From the NCBI GenBank assembly GCA_964016885.1, contig OZ024762.1:9672001-9736000 (forward strand): a DNA stretch of 64,000 nucleotides, in the 5' to 3' direction. Of the stretch, positions 1 to 13,796 are shown in pieces. The DNA comes from Eledone cirrhosa (lineage: Eukaryota). The first letter of the stretch is position 1. Each line of letters begins with the position of its first letter. A program made the position numbers and the translations under genes. A model generated the notes under the pieces. The model worked only from the letters and a program-made list of their open reading frames with translations. It made no database searches and was not told where the DNA came from.

Positions 1-199
1 AGTAACAACAACAACACTAACAACTACACCAACAGTAACTACTACTACAACAACAACAACAGCATCAACCAAGAGGATGGTGATGTTGAAGTGGTTGGAG
101 GAAGCTTGGGAAATGGTATCGGATTAGTGGCAAAGGGATTATTAGAGATGACGGATGAGAGAGATGATGTGAGAATGGAGGTAGATGAACAACACCAAG

Positions 200-1035
200 A
201 CTTGTGGTGGTGGTGGTGGTGGTGATGGTGGTGGTGGTGGTAGTGGTGGTGGTAGTGGTGGTGGTGGTGGTGGTAGTGGTGGTGATGGTTGTAGTGGTAG
301 TGGTGGTGGTGGTGATAGTGGTTGTGATGATGGTAGTGGTGGTGGTGGTGGTAGTGGTGGTGATGGTTGTAGTGGTGGTGGTGGTGGTGATAGTGGTGGT
401 GGTGATGGTGGTGGTTGTAGTGGTGGTGATGGTTGTAGTGGTGGTGGTGGTGGTGATAGTGGTGGTGGTGATGGTGGTGGTGGTGGTGTTGATGGTTGTA
501 GTGGTGGTGGTGGTTGTGGTGGTTGTGCTGGTGGTGCTGGTGATGGTGGTGGTGTTGATGGTTGTAGTGGTGGTGGTAGTGGTGGTTGTGGTGTTGATGG
601 TTGTAGTGGTGGTGTTGATGGTTGTAGTGGTGGTGGTGATAGTGGTGGTGTTGATGGTTGTAGTGGTAGTGATGGTGATGATAGTGGTGGTGTTGATGGT
701 TGTAGTGGTAGTGATGGTGATGGTGATGACGATGGTGGTGACGATGGAGGTGGTGGAGACAATGATGGTAGTGATGACAATGATGATGGTGATGATGACG
801 ACGGTGGTGGTGGTAGTGGTGGTAGTGGTGGTGACAATGGTAAAGATGGTAGTGATGGCAATGCTGGTGATGGTGATGGTAATGATAGTGATGATGATGA
901 TGATGGCGATGGTAATGATAGTGATGTTAACGATGGTGATGATGATGATGATGAGGGTGCTGGTGATGATGATGAGGGTTCTGGTGATGATGATGTTGGC
1001 GATGGTGATGATGATGACAACAATAATGGTGATGA
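200..1035. repeat. (GGT/GAT/AGT)n low-complexity trinucleotide tract
   Basis: Continuous degenerate GGT/GAT triplets; all frames give homopolymeric peptides. Confidence 0.95.
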
Positions 1036-1091
1036 TTATTTTTTAAACAATACACATCTGAAGGGTAGTTTTCAAATATAGAAATATATAT

Positions 1092-1560
1092 ACATTGTAC
1101 CCTCAAATAAAGGGCCAGCACCTGGGTATTCAGTGCCCTACATTGTACCTTCAAATAAAGGACCAGCACCTGGGTATTCAGTGCCCTACATTGTACCCTC
1201 AAATAAAGGACCAGCACCTGGGTATTCAGTGCCCTGCATTGTACCCTCAAATACAGGGCCAGCACCTGGGTATTCAGTGCCCTACATTGTACCCTCAAAT
1301 ACAGTGCCAGCACCTAGGTATTCAGTGCCCTACATTGTACCCTCAAATACAGTGCCAGCACCTAGGTATTCAGTGCCCTACATTGTACCCTCAAATACAG
1401 TGCCAGCACCTAGGTATTCAGTGCCCTACATTGTACCCTCAAATACAGGGCAGCACCTAGGTATTCAGTGCCCTACATTGTACCCTCAAATACAGCGCCA
1501 GCACCTGGGTATTCACTGCCCTACATTGTACCCTCAAATACAGCACCAGCACCTGGATAT
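1092..1560. repeat. 48-bp minisatellite, about 10 copies
   Basis: Unit CATTGTACCCTCAAATA(A/C)AG(G/T)GCCAGCACCT(G/A)GGTATTCAGTGCCCTA in tandem. Confidence 0.95.
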
Positions 1561-1991
1561 TTAGCATACTAAGTTAGTCCTACAATGTACACCCTTTGTC
1601 AGTTATGCACCTAAGCTGATAAACCTGGTTTTTGACACTTCTTGCTTTAACCACACTAAGAAAATGACTAAGCCAGCATTTTCCACAACACAGTCCACAT
1701 TCACCCATGACAAATCATGTGATAGGTTCATAACATCATACATCCCTCTAAATCACTTTGGATATTTCCAAAACGCTACTACATAGCAAATATGTTTATT
1801 GATTTATCTATTGATCAGAGGAAATTATTATATATTTAACCTGTTTGACATGAAACCTGCCTGAAACCACACCAGATGCTATGAAACAAAACTGTTTTAA
1901 AATGTTTCTATTTATCTAAAAACCTTTCACCATTCAACATGGTTTTATGTAAAAACCTTTCTTCAGTTGTGTTTCAAACATTAATTTAATT

Positions 1992-2413
1992 ATGGTTTCT
2001 GATTTAGGCACAAGGCCAACGATTTGGGGGGAAAGTTGATTAAATTGACCTCAGTGCATTACTGGTACTTTATTTTATCGACCCTCGTAAGGATGAAAGG
2101 TGAAGCTAACCTCAGCGACATTTGAACCCAGAACGTAAAGGGCCATAACTCTATGCTGGAAAGCATGTTGTCCAACACTCTACCAATACTGCCAATCCAC
2201 TGCCCACAGTAATAATAATAATAATTGTTTCTACTATTGGCACAAGGCCAGCAATTACCCCAGTGCATTACTGGTACTTTATTTTATCGACCCCGTAAGG
2301 ATGAAAGGCAAAGTTAACCTCGGCGGGATTTGAACTCAGACCATAAAGGGCCGTAACTCTTTGCTGCAAAGTATGGTGTCCAACCCTCTACCGATACTTC
2401 CAATCCACCGCCC
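1992..2413 (-). mobile_element. Two tandem tRNA-derived SINEs (family B, Meta-domain-like core)
   Basis: Minus strand: A-box TGGCAGTAT(C/T)GG, B-box GTTCAAAT, core CCTTTCATCCTTACG..GTCGATAAAATAAAGTACCAG, tail GGCCTTGTGCC..GAAAC(ATT)n. Confidence 0.85.
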
Positions 2414-2712
2414 TTACTTCAATTTAATAATGAGCAAGTTACTTATATTACTTGTTGTTCTTGCATCCCTGGAAGTAAAACCTTGAACACATCAACAGTG
2501 TTGTATCCTGGAGTCACTGGATGTTTTGGGTCTTACAACATAGTCACCCTCATCCAAGTGACCCAACCAGTGATTTCTCTTCAGCTACGAGCATCTCTAA
2601 ATTCTTGATTACATTCAAACTTATTTGAAAATTAATGGGCAGTGTCTTTCATTAGAAATTTAGTAATGAAAGGGTTAATTATGCAAATCTGTATAAAACT
2701 GTAACCCTTTAA

Positions 2713-3145
2713 CTCATTAGCATTTAAACCAGCCATATCCAGTCACAATTCTCTCATATTTTTCTGTTCAAACCAGCTGTAAGTAGCTGCTCCTACTGAT
2801 GTTAAGATATTGTTCTCAAAATAAATACTATCAAAATCTCATAGATTTAATATTATGCAAGATAATTAAGTGAGATAAAACCTTTACCATGAAAATATAA
2901 TAGCAAATATAGAGTAATATAAATGCTAAAGGGTTAACCCTTTAGCATTTAAACCAACTATACCCGGCCAGAATTTTCTCCCCTTTTTCTGTTCAAACTG
3001 GCTGTATCCAGCCACTCATACTAATGTTATGGTACTGTTCTCAAAATAAATAATATCACAATCTCATAGATTTGACAATATGCGAGATAAAGCCTTTACC
3101 ATGAAAATACAATAGTAAATATGGAGTAATGTAAATGCTGAAGGG
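2713..3145. mobile_element. Two tandem ~210-220-bp TTAA MITEs (piggyBac-type)
   Basis: TIR CCCTTTAGCATTTA...TAAATGCTAAAGGG; copies joined at a shared TTAA (2934-2937); TTAA also at 3146-3149. Confidence 0.85.
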
Positions 3146-3589
3146 TTAAGGTTCAGTCATACACCTCTCTGAGGTCTGGGCCCTAGCTGGTTGCCTATTT
3201 CACCTCAATGGTAGCGCTGGCCCTACTGAAATAAGTAGTTTCAGCATGAGAAGTGAAACACAGCTAATCAGATCTGCCATCACCCAGCTGTTCTTTGTCC
3301 AATTTGGCACTGGATAAAGTGAAATCTTGGACAGTGTCCAGCATAGCCTCTCAAGTGGCTTTTCTGCCTGCCAAACAGTTAGATTGTCCGAAATGCCAAT
3401 AGCTATCAAGCAAACCATGCTTATGTATGTGTATTCATTAGGTTGGCTGTATTTATTGTAAGAGTTGGTCAGAAAGTAAGAGGAAAACATTTTTGAAGGA
3501 TGCCATATTAAGATCCATCAAATATACTAATTATGTATGCGTGTGGCATGTATGTGATGTGTATATATATATATATATATATATTTGTG

Positions 3590-3639
<50 letters not shown>

Positions 3640-3659
3640 ATGCAAAAAATAAACAGAAA

Positions 3660-3790
3660 TAAGAAAGCAAATGACACAGTACAATGGAGAAATATATTAG
3701 TTTTACACTTGATATAGTAGGAAAAAAAATCTGAATGTTTCGGATGCTAGTCTTTCATCAGAAAATAGAATGAGAAATTAAAGAACAACT
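3660..3790 (-). mobile_element. Penelope-like terminal fragment with degenerate hammerhead motif
   Basis: Minus strand CTGATGA-AAGAC-TAGC-ATCC-GAAACATT; homologous to 20705-20850 and 59995-60125. Confidence 0.6.
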
Positions 3791-3818
3791 AGAAAGATAC
3801 AGGAGAGTGAGCAGGGGC

Positions 3819-3822
<4 letters not shown>

Positions 3823-3899
<77 letters not shown>

Positions 3900-3911
3900 T
3901 ATATATATATC

Positions 3912-3955
<44 letters not shown>

Positions 3956-3970
3956 TATATATAAATATAA

Positions 3971-4029
<59 letters not shown>

Positions 4030-4075
4030 TATATATAAATATATATATAAATATATATATCTAAATATATATATC

Positions 4076-4128
<53 letters not shown>

Positions 4129-4163
4129 TCATCATCGTTTAACGATAGATAGATATATATATA

Positions 4164-4199
<36 letters not shown>

Positions 4200-4200
4200 A
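3823..4200. repeat. (TA)n microsatellite
   Basis: Seen directly. Confidence 0.97.
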
Positions 4201-4567
4201 TCAACATCATCATCATCATCATTTTACGTATATATATAATCATTTAAGTCTGGTGTTTCACCAGTGGATAGAACTGGTCATTCGATATAGTTAACCATGA
4301 TGTAATATTAGGAAAATCACTCAACATTATGCAACTCATCCATCTTCAATGCTGAATCTTGTTGATGGTCAAGAACAGAGTTAATTATTATTGAGTAAAA
4401 TGACAGGAGGCCAGACTGGTGAAATTCCTTCAAAGATTTATTTCAGCAAACATTATGTACATTTCAGTGGCCAGTGGCCAGGTTACATAAGATCCTGGTG
4501 ACATCATCAGGTGTGTGTTGCATAATAGTTATATAATAAAGAAATAATGGTAAAATATATATATATA

Positions 4568-5043
4568 TCATCATCATCATTTTACGTTCGCCTTTCCCTG
4601 CTTGCAAGGGTGGGACCGGTCCTATTCAGCACAGCATCTCTCCACTTGTCACAGTCCTTCGTCATCTCCTCCGTGAGCTTCAGCGATCTGAGGTCTGCTC
4701 TCACCACTTTCCCCCATGTTTTTTGTTGTCTTCTTCTACTGCGTCTCCCTTCTACTAGCATTTCTTGGCACTTCTTTACCCAGCGGTCATCCTCCATGCG
4801 CATCACATGTCCATACCATCGCAGTCTTCTCTTCCGCACACTACAACTTATCCTTCTTATACACAGTTTCTCTCTCAACTCCTCTATGCTTGGTCGCTCA
4901 CGTACATTGACATTACACATCCAATGGAGCATGCTTGCTTCATTTCTCTCCAGCCGTTGCATATCCTCTGCAGTTGCTGCCCATGTCTCACTACCACGCA
5001 TCTCACACAGGCATCATATAACCGGCCTTTCGTACGCATGGAG
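4568..5043 (-). pseudogene. 5'-truncated RTE-clade LINE, ORF2 C-terminus plus (ATG)n tail
   Basis: TKGRLYDACVR../GSETW...RRLRWYGHVMRMEDDRWVKKC..GRRSRRR..WRDAV with a frameshift near 5000; flanked by (TA)n. Confidence 0.92.
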
Positions 5044-5088
5044 GTATATATACACACATATATATATACGCACATATATACATATATG

Positions 5089-5120
<32 letters not shown>

Positions 5121-5619
5121 ATATGTAGTTTTGGGAAGCTGCTACAATGCAAATAGGTGTGTAAAATTGAGGTAACAAGTAGAGAGATGAATATAAACAG
5201 AAGAATAGAAGGAAAAACGTGAGTGTATATATCTTTATAAGAAAACACAAGGTTATGTGACAACCACTTTGTGCTAACATTGACAGAGAAATGGTAATTT
5301 GATAGCTTCATCACAACCTCTCTCATACAGTGTTGACAAGATATTCAGTGGTCATGTAGCAGCTATCTACTTACCTATATATCTATCTCTCTTCCAACAA
5401 TAAATGCATGTATCTCCATCTATCGAATTATCTATCTATCTATCTCTCTGTCTGTCCCACTGACAAAATTATGCGACAGATACCATGGAAAGATGTATAA
5501 CTATTATGCAATGCATAAAATATACTTCATTATTATCCTCCTTACGGGGTCGATAAAATAAAGTACCAGTAATACACTGGGTAATTGCTGACCTTGTGCC
5601 ATAAGTAGAAACAATTATT

Positions 5620-5653
<34 letters not shown>

Positions 5654-5654
5654 A

Positions 5655-5965
5655 TGTAAGGGTCACGACAAAAAAACCCAGCCCACACTGTAAAGTGGTC
5701 AAGTAGATGTGGTGACAAAAAGCATCCAGCCCACACTGTAAAGTAGTCGTATAGATGTTGTGACAAAAAGCATCCAGCCCACACTGTAAAGTGGTCGTAT
5801 AGATGTTGTGACAAAAAGCACAGTAAAGAGGTCATGTAGGAGTCATGACAAAAAGCACCGAGCACATAGTGTAAATGTAGAAGGGCATTAGGAAGGGCAT
5901 CTAGATATCAAGCCAGGAACAGTTCTGTATGCTAGTGTAGAAAGAGGATGTTAAATGATGATGGT
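5655..5965 (+). mobile_element. RTE-associated 3' UTR fragment with tandem ~48-bp units
   Basis: AAAAAGCA(T/C)CCAGCCCACACTGTAAAGT units, then TTAGGAAGGGCATC and an (ATG)n tail. Confidence 0.7.
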
Positions 5966-5982
5966 ATTGATGATATACATAT

Positions 5983-6124
5983 ATGAAAAAAATCCAAGCA
6001 GTTCGGATCTAGCTGTCAAAATGGCCGGGGCTCAGCCGCCTGGGTCCTGAATTTTTTCATATTACCCACTCTACTACTCCAAGTATTGAGTACTCTAGCT
6101 GGTTTTTACCACACCCTATCTGAT
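5983..6124 (+). mobile_element. Short TA-inserted element with terminal fold-back (copies at 48427, 48725, 52905)
   Basis: Shared core ATTACCCACTCTACTAC.C.AAGTATTGAGTACTCT. Confidence 0.7.
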
Positions 6125-6293
6125 ATATATTGGTAGGTGGCCGTGTAGGTAGTTGCGGTGTATCTATGCATCAATTGAGTGTATATAGATTGGAGATAGG
6201 GTTTCGATCTTCTACTTTATCTTAAATTTAAAACATTTTTCCCGTCTAACCCATATGCTAGCGTGGAAGAACGGACGTAAAACGGTGATGATG

Positions 6294-6326
<33 letters not shown>

Positions 6327-6705
6327 GTAGATAAATCTACCAAAAGTTTACGGTAGTGTCCAATCCGTATGAAGAACTCAATGTAATCCGGATATCATGG
6401 AAAGAAGAGATCACTTTCGGTGAAAGATAAACGGAATACAGAGTCAAGAAAGACAGCATATATATGTGTTGGTATGTATATTCTCTTTGATAGTTTGTAT
6501 AATTTTGTACATAGATCTTTCGAATATGCATGCCAATTCTAACACATATATGTCCTAGAAACGATCGTTAAATAATGAACTTTTTTTGTTTAATATAAGG
6601 AACTGTTTCATTGTTTTATTCATTATTTTTTTAATATTCATTATTTTTTTAATATTTTTAATATTCATTATTTTTTTAATATTTTTAATATTCATTATTT
6701 TTTTA

Positions 6706-6747
<42 letters not shown>

Positions 6748-6749
<2 letters not shown>

Positions 6750-7165
6750 AAAAGCCGACCTTACCCAACTACACCTCTCAAAGTCAATGACACACGACCG
6801 TGACTTCTGGCGTCACGCAGTAATACAGGGTACCCGACCTCCCATGGGTACATGCTGAAGCATATAAACAATATGCCCCCCCCCCCCCACCGCAAGGTGG
6901 TCGTGGAGGTGCCACGGCAAAAAAGCACCCAGCCCACACTGTAAAGTGGACGTGTAGGCGCCACGAAAAAGCACCCAGCACTCACTGTAAATGAGGTTGG
7001 TGTTAGGAAGGGCATCCAGCTGTAGAAATCAAGCCAGATCAGTTCCTGTATGAGCAAGGCATGGTCAGCCGACCAGACACTGCCCACAACAGGACAACCC
7101 GTCTAACCCATGCTAGCGTGGAAGAACGGACGTAAAACGGTGATGATGATGATGATGATGATGAT
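6748..7165 (+). mobile_element. RTE-clade LINE 3' end (second subfamily) with long 3' UTR
   Basis: IKADLTQLHLSKSMTHDRDFWRHAV resembles the RTE C-terminus at 11.7 kb; then 48-bp units, TTAGGAAGGGCATCCAGC, CCATGCTAGCGTGG stem-loop and (ATG)n; inverted copy at 37448-37853. Confidence 0.8.
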
Positions 7166-7349
7166 AACCTGTTGGTTTTCTCGTTGCTTCGGTGTCATGG
7201 CTGGGTCTGCCTGCCACAGCTTTCAATTTGTCATGCCGTCTAACAAATGTTATTACTCTGAGACTCCTCATCGAGTGCTTTGCAGCACAATTCCCCGTTG
7301 TGTCTCATTGGCTTGTCTACAGCTGAAGCTTCGATTTTACCAAACTTTC

Positions 7350-8450
<1,101 letters not shown>

Positions 8451-8678
8451 TTCACACAAAAAACCTTCATATAAATATTTCACCACAGGGGGAGATAACT
8501 AAGTGACACAACCATACTTTAATATTCCCCCTAGGATTCTAATTTTCCAGTCTTCAATAATTCTGCCCCAAAACCAGCCAATGGCTGTCAAGACTGGAAC
8601 CTGGTAAAAAATTGATGCCTTTTCACAACAACCAAGAGGTTTTTCGCCTTCTTTCATCCTTTTTTTTTAAATTTAAAT

Positions 8679-9115
8679 TCATCACCATCACTTCCATCAT
8701 CACTATCATCATCATCACCATCGCCATCTTCATCAGAATCACCATCATCACCACCATCACCGCCGTCACCATCGCTGTCATCACCACCATCATCATCACC
8801 AATATCATCATCATCATCATCATCACAACAACCACCACCACCACCACCATCACCGCCATCAACACCAATACCACCACCACCATCACCATCATCACCATCA
8901 TCACGATCACCACAATCACCATCACAACCACCACCATCACCGCCACCATCATTATCACCATCACCACCACCACCACCACCATCACCATCATCATCATCAC
9001 CATCACCATCATCACAATCACCACCACCACCACCACCACCATCACCACCACCACCGCCATCACAATCACCATCACCACAACCACCACCTCCATCATCACC
9101 ATCACCATCACCAAT
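8679..9115. repeat. (CAT/CAC)n trinucleotide tract
   Basis: Seen directly. Confidence 0.95.
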
Positions 9116-9342
9116 ATCTGGCACAACATGGCTGTATAGTTAAAGCTTCACACCATGTTGCATCATGTGTCTTCTACTATATATAGCCTCAGTTTGACCA
9201 ATGCTTTGTCAGTGGAATTTGGTAGACAGAAACTGCAGAAGCCTATCATATACTCACACACATACAGATGTATGTGTGTGAGTATATATGTGTATATATA
9301 TATATATATAAATATATATATGTGTGGGTGTGTATGAGTATA

Positions 9343-9409
<67 letters not shown>

Positions 9410-9411
<2 letters not shown>

Positions 9412-9746
9412 AGGTACATGGCTTAGTGGTTAGAGCATTGGCCTTGCAATCGAAAGGTTGTGAGTTCAATTCTCAGACCGGGTGATGTGTTGTTTCCTTG
9501 CGCAAGACACTTTATTTCACATTGCTCCAGTTTACTCAGCTGTAGAAATGAGATGATAGGATTGGAGTCCCTATCATTCCACTGTAAAGTGGTCGTGGAG
9601 GTGGCACGGCAAAAAAAAGCACCCAGCACTCACTGTAAATGAGGTTGGTGTTAGGAAGGGCATCCAGCTGTAGAAATCAAGCCAGAATCAGTTCCCGTCC
9701 CACCCTTTCAAGCAGGGAAAAGCAGACGTAAAATGATGATGATGAT
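9410..9746 (+). mobile_element. Full-length tRNA-derived SINE family A (CORE-like domain, RTE tail)
   Basis: A-box TGGCTTAGTGG, B-box GTTCAATTC, CORE-like CCTTG.GCAAGACACTTTA..CCAGTTTACTCAGCTGTAGAAATGAG, tail CCCGTCCCACCCTT..GTAAA(ATG)n. Confidence 0.9.
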
Positions 9747-10017
9747 AATGATATATATATGTGTATGTGGCCGTCCGTAGCTGTGTTTCTGCTCAGTGGT
9801 AAAGATACCATAAATATTTGAATGAACAAACCTATATTTTAGAAATTTTCTGCTATATCATTACAGGATGTTAAGAGATAATACTACAGATTTTTACAAC
9901 AGTATGTTCACTAGTAAAAATTCTATAAATATTTGAGTTATGAAACCTATTTTTAGATATTTTTTGCTAAATCATTACAGGATGTTACGAGTTAATACTG
10001 CAAATTTTAACAGTGAT

Positions 10018-10320
10018 CATTATCATCATCATCATCATCTTCGTTTAACGTCCATTTTCCACGCTAGCATGGGTTAGACAGGAGTTGTCCCACTTGAGCA
10101 AGGTTGTTGGGGTGACCGTGTCTCGCTCATATAGGACTGTCTGGCAGGTTTTCTACGGCTGCATGCCCTTCCTAACACCAACCACATTTACAGTGTGGAA
10201 CTGGGAACTTTTTACCGTGTTACCTACACGGCCACATTACGGCGTGGACTGTGTGTTTTTTTGTCGTGACACCTACACGAGCTCGATCTCATTATCTCGT
10301 TTATTTGGACTGGATGTTGT
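10018..10320 (-). mobile_element. RTE-associated 3' UTR fragment (copy at 49755-50040)
   Basis: (CAT)n tail, CCACGCTAGCATGG stem-loop, GCCCTTCCTAACACCAACC. Confidence 0.75.
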
Positions 10321-10324
10321 GGCA

Positions 10325-10995
10325 ACCAGCCAGCTAGAACCAGTCAGCCACCCAGCCAGCCAGAACAACCAGCCAGCCAGCTAGAACAGTCAGTCAGCCA
10401 CCCAGCCAGCCAGAACAACCAGCCAGCCTGCCAGAACAACCAGCCAGCCAGAACAACCAGCCAGCCAGCCAGAACAACCAGCCAGAACAACCAGCCAGCC
10501 TGCCAGAACAACCAGCCAGCCAGAACAACCAGCCAGCCAGCCAGAACAACCAGCCAGCCAGAACAACCAGCCAGCCAGCCAGAACAACCAGCCAGCTAGA
10601 ACAGTCAGTCAGCCTCCCAGCCAGCCAGAACAACCAGCCAGCCAGAACAACCAGCCAGCTAGAACAGTCAGTCAACCACCCAGCCAGTCAGAACAACCAG
10701 CCAGCCAGCCAGAACAACCAGCCAGCCAGCCAGAACAACCAGCCAGCCAGCCAGAACAACCAGCCAGCTAGAACAGTCAGTCAGCCACCCAGCCAGTCAG
10801 ACAACCAGCCAGCCAGCCAGAACAACCAGCCAGCCAGCCAGAACAACCAGCCAGCTAGAACAGTCAGTCAGCCACCCAGCCAGTCAGACAACCAGCCAGC
10901 CAGCCAGAACAACCAGCCAGCCAGCCAGAACAACCAGCCAGCCAGCCAGAACAACCAGCCAGCTAGCTAAAACTGTCAGTCAGCCAACCATCCAG
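10325..10995. repeat. Compound (CCAG)n/AGAACAA minisatellite
   Basis: Variable AGAACAAC(CAGC)n units punctuated by CTAGAACAGTCAGTC. Confidence 0.93.
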
Positions 10996-11559
10996 AACAG
11001 CATGCTGCTCACCCAACCATATTACTTAACCAGTCAGTACATAAAGACAAGATAGACAAGACATATACCACATATATACCACACAACATATTACATAATC
11101 TAGTGTGTGTATGTGTACATGTAGATGTGCGTGCATGTGTGGATGTACGTTCGTGTGTATATGTGTGTGTACATGTAGATGTGTGTGTTTACATACGTAT
11201 GTGTGTGTACATGTAGATGTGTGTGTTTACATATGTATGTGTGTGTACATGTAGATGTGTGTGTTTACATACGTATGTGTGTGTACATGTAGATGTGTGT
11301 GTTTACATACGTATGTGTGTGTACATGTTTGTGTTTGCATGTATGTGTGTGTGTGTGTGTGTAAAGATATCTAAATGTAGACTAAGTCAGTACTGAAGAA
11401 GGGCTACTTGATCACCCAGAGAGGCCAGGCATCTGCATCTCACTTTTGTACAATCTGACATTCTACCAAGCACACAGGAGAGGCTGTCATGTCTTTAACA
11501 CAACTGTGAGTCCTCCAAACCTTATGTTTGGAAAGCTTCCTCTCACCGACCACATTACA

Positions 11560-11870
11560 GCGTGTATTGGGTATAAGAGGGATAAGTCGTGGTGTGCAGG
11601 AGAGAAGGCTGAGATGGTATGGACACGTGATGCGCATGGAGGATGACCGATGGGTGAAGAAGTGCCAGGAAGTCCCAGTGGAGGGAAGACGCAGTAGAGG
11701 TAGACCACGAAAAACATGGGCGGAGGTGGTGAGAGCAGACCTCGGATCGCTGAAACTCACGGAGGAGATGACGAAGGACCGTGACAAGTGGAGAGATGCT
11801 GTGCTGAATAGGACCCGTCCCACCCTTGCAAGCAGTGAAAAAGCGGATGTAAAATGATGATGATGATCAT
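11560..11870 (+). pseudogene. 5'-truncated RTE-clade LINE 3' end
   Basis: ERRLRWYGHVMRMEDDRWVKKCQEVPVEGRRSRGRPRKTW..DRDKWRDAV then (ATG)n; same family as 4568-5043. Confidence 0.93.
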
Positions 11871-12096
11871 CATCATCATCACCAACACTTGGGGAGTTGT
11901 CATATCTTTAACACAAATAAAGGGTCCCTCCCAACCCCTTGTTTGGCAAGCTTTCTATGGTGGGATGCCCTTCCTAGCACCAACCTCTTTACAGCATCTA
12001 CTGGATGAATTTCACTGTTTCAATATTCTTCACTTTCTTTTTCTTTTAATTTAATACACAAACGTTGATGAATTATAAATTTTTATTTTATTTTAA

Positions 12097-12320
12097 CCCT
12101 TTAGCATTTAAACCGGCCATATCTGGCCACAATTCTCTCACCTCTTTCTGTTCAAACCAGCTATAACTGGCTGCTCATACTTATGTTGAGGTATTATTCT
12201 CAAAATAAATAATATCAAAATTTCATAGTTTCTATATCATGTGAGATAATTAAGAGAAGTAACACCTTTATCATGAAATATACCTAATAGTAAATATAGA
12301 GTAATGTAAATGCTAAAGGG
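12097..12320. mobile_element. Complete 224-bp TTAA MITE (piggyBac-type)
   Basis: TTAA at 12093-96 and 12321-24; 14-bp TIR CCCTTTAGCATTTA. Confidence 0.9.
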
Positions 12321-12717
12321 TTAAAATAAATACTTCCAATTATCATTAGAGCAGCCAACTAACCAATAAACCACTAATTAACTAAGTGAACCAACTAACA
12401 AACCAGTAGACCAGACAGATGGTCAACATACAAATGAGATAACCGTACCACTAAACCTTTCCTTACCGTACACAAAGGTCAGCTGAAAAGTTCATAGGCT
12501 GACTATTTATTTTATAGCATATGGGATTTCTAATAACGTACTTTTTGGGGTCATGTTTTTGAATGTATAAAGAAAATTAATTGTTACAGCAATGCTACGA
12601 CTTAAAATAACATTTCACTGGAGATAGATAAGCAAAATGTAATTAGTGGGTTGGGAGTGGGGGATCTGAAAAATGAATAAGCAGAGGGAGGGCAATTTCA
12701 GACCTAAGAGTAAATTA

Positions 12718-13153
12718 CCCTTTAGCATTTACATTACTTTATATATGCTGTTGTATTTTGACTGTAAACACTCTATCTCAAATAATTATCTCACATAATA
12801 ATGAATCTACGCGATTTTGATATTATTTATTTTGAGAACAATGCCTTAACATAAGTATGATTGGCCAGTTATGGCTGGTTTGAACAGAAAGAGGGGAGAG
12901 AATTCTGGCTGAATACAGCCGGTCTAAATGCTAAAGGGCTAACCCTTTAGCATTTAAACCGGCTGTATCCATCCAGAATTCTCTCACCTCTTTCTGTTCA
13001 AACCAGCCATAACTGGCCAATCATACTTATGTTAAGGTATTGTTCTCAAAATAAATAATATCACAATCCCATAGATTCGATATTATGTGGGATAATTATG
13101 TAAGATAAAGCCTTTACCACAAAAAATATAATGGTATATATAGAGTAATGTAA
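12718..13153. mobile_element. Two adjacent TTAA MITEs in opposite orientation
   Basis: Reverse copy followed by forward copy joined at AAAGGG-CTAA-CCCTTT (about 12940). Confidence 0.82.
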
Positions 13154-13796
13154 ACAAAGATTCTTAGATAAAATTATGATGAAACTTATTTAGATAAATA
13201 TAAACACTGTAAAGTAAACAGCTTTGTGTCATAGAATCAGGGGCAGTTTCGGGCAGGTTGGTATCAGAAGGGTTAACCAAAGAAATAACACATTAAAAAC
13301 TATAATTTAACACTGAAATCAACATAAAGCACAACGCCAGAGGCGGCACTGACCCTCAGCCTTCTCCCCTCTCACCTTCTTTCTCGGTACTGACACAAGC
13401 AGTTGCTTCCTTAATACACAGACTTGGCAATATTTTTATAGTTTGAATAGTTATACCCCCCCCCCCCCAACACACGCCACCACCGCAACCAAGAAAATAC
13501 AAGACTTAAAAAAAAAAAACAACAGAAATATATCTGGTAGTGGTGTTGGTGGTGATGGTGGCGGTGGTGGTCGTCGTCGTGGTGGAGGAAGAAGCCACAA
13601 GGAAGGTGATTGAGGGGGGGGGGGGAATGGAAGAGGAAAAGGAAAGTTGTCTGCCAATAATGGTTTTGGTATGGTTACAGAACAATCAGCAGTGTTAACA
13701 CCTTTTACCATATTTCTAATGAAAGACATGGCCTAGTATTTTGAAATAATTTTGAAAATTTGGAGGTATTTAGTTATATAACTAACTTTCTGAATA

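Noticed and set aside
142-1081. Long Gly/Asp, poly-Val and Pro/Ser ORFs
   Set aside because: Translations of a GGT/GAT simple repeat that is open in several frames, with no splice or domain context
3200-3490. 96-aa non-repetitive ORF
   Set aside because: No recognisable motif and no convincing splice sites
9410-9485. tRNA genes
   Set aside because: A/B boxes belong to SINE heads continuing into core and tail; no proper acceptor stem or terminator
11392-11425. Hammerhead-like CTGAAGA..CCC motif (also about 4250-4290)
   Set aside because: Core too degenerate (GAAA or CUGANGA missing) to call
13335-13351. CTCF-like motif CGCCAGAGGCGGCACTG
   Set aside because: Needs a gap or several mismatches to fit the consensus
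13370-13440. Minus-strand TATA + TCAGT + AAG|GTGAGA as a possible first exon
   Set aside because: TATA-to-initiator spacing is about 50 nt rather than about 30; chance motifs are common in AT-rich DNA
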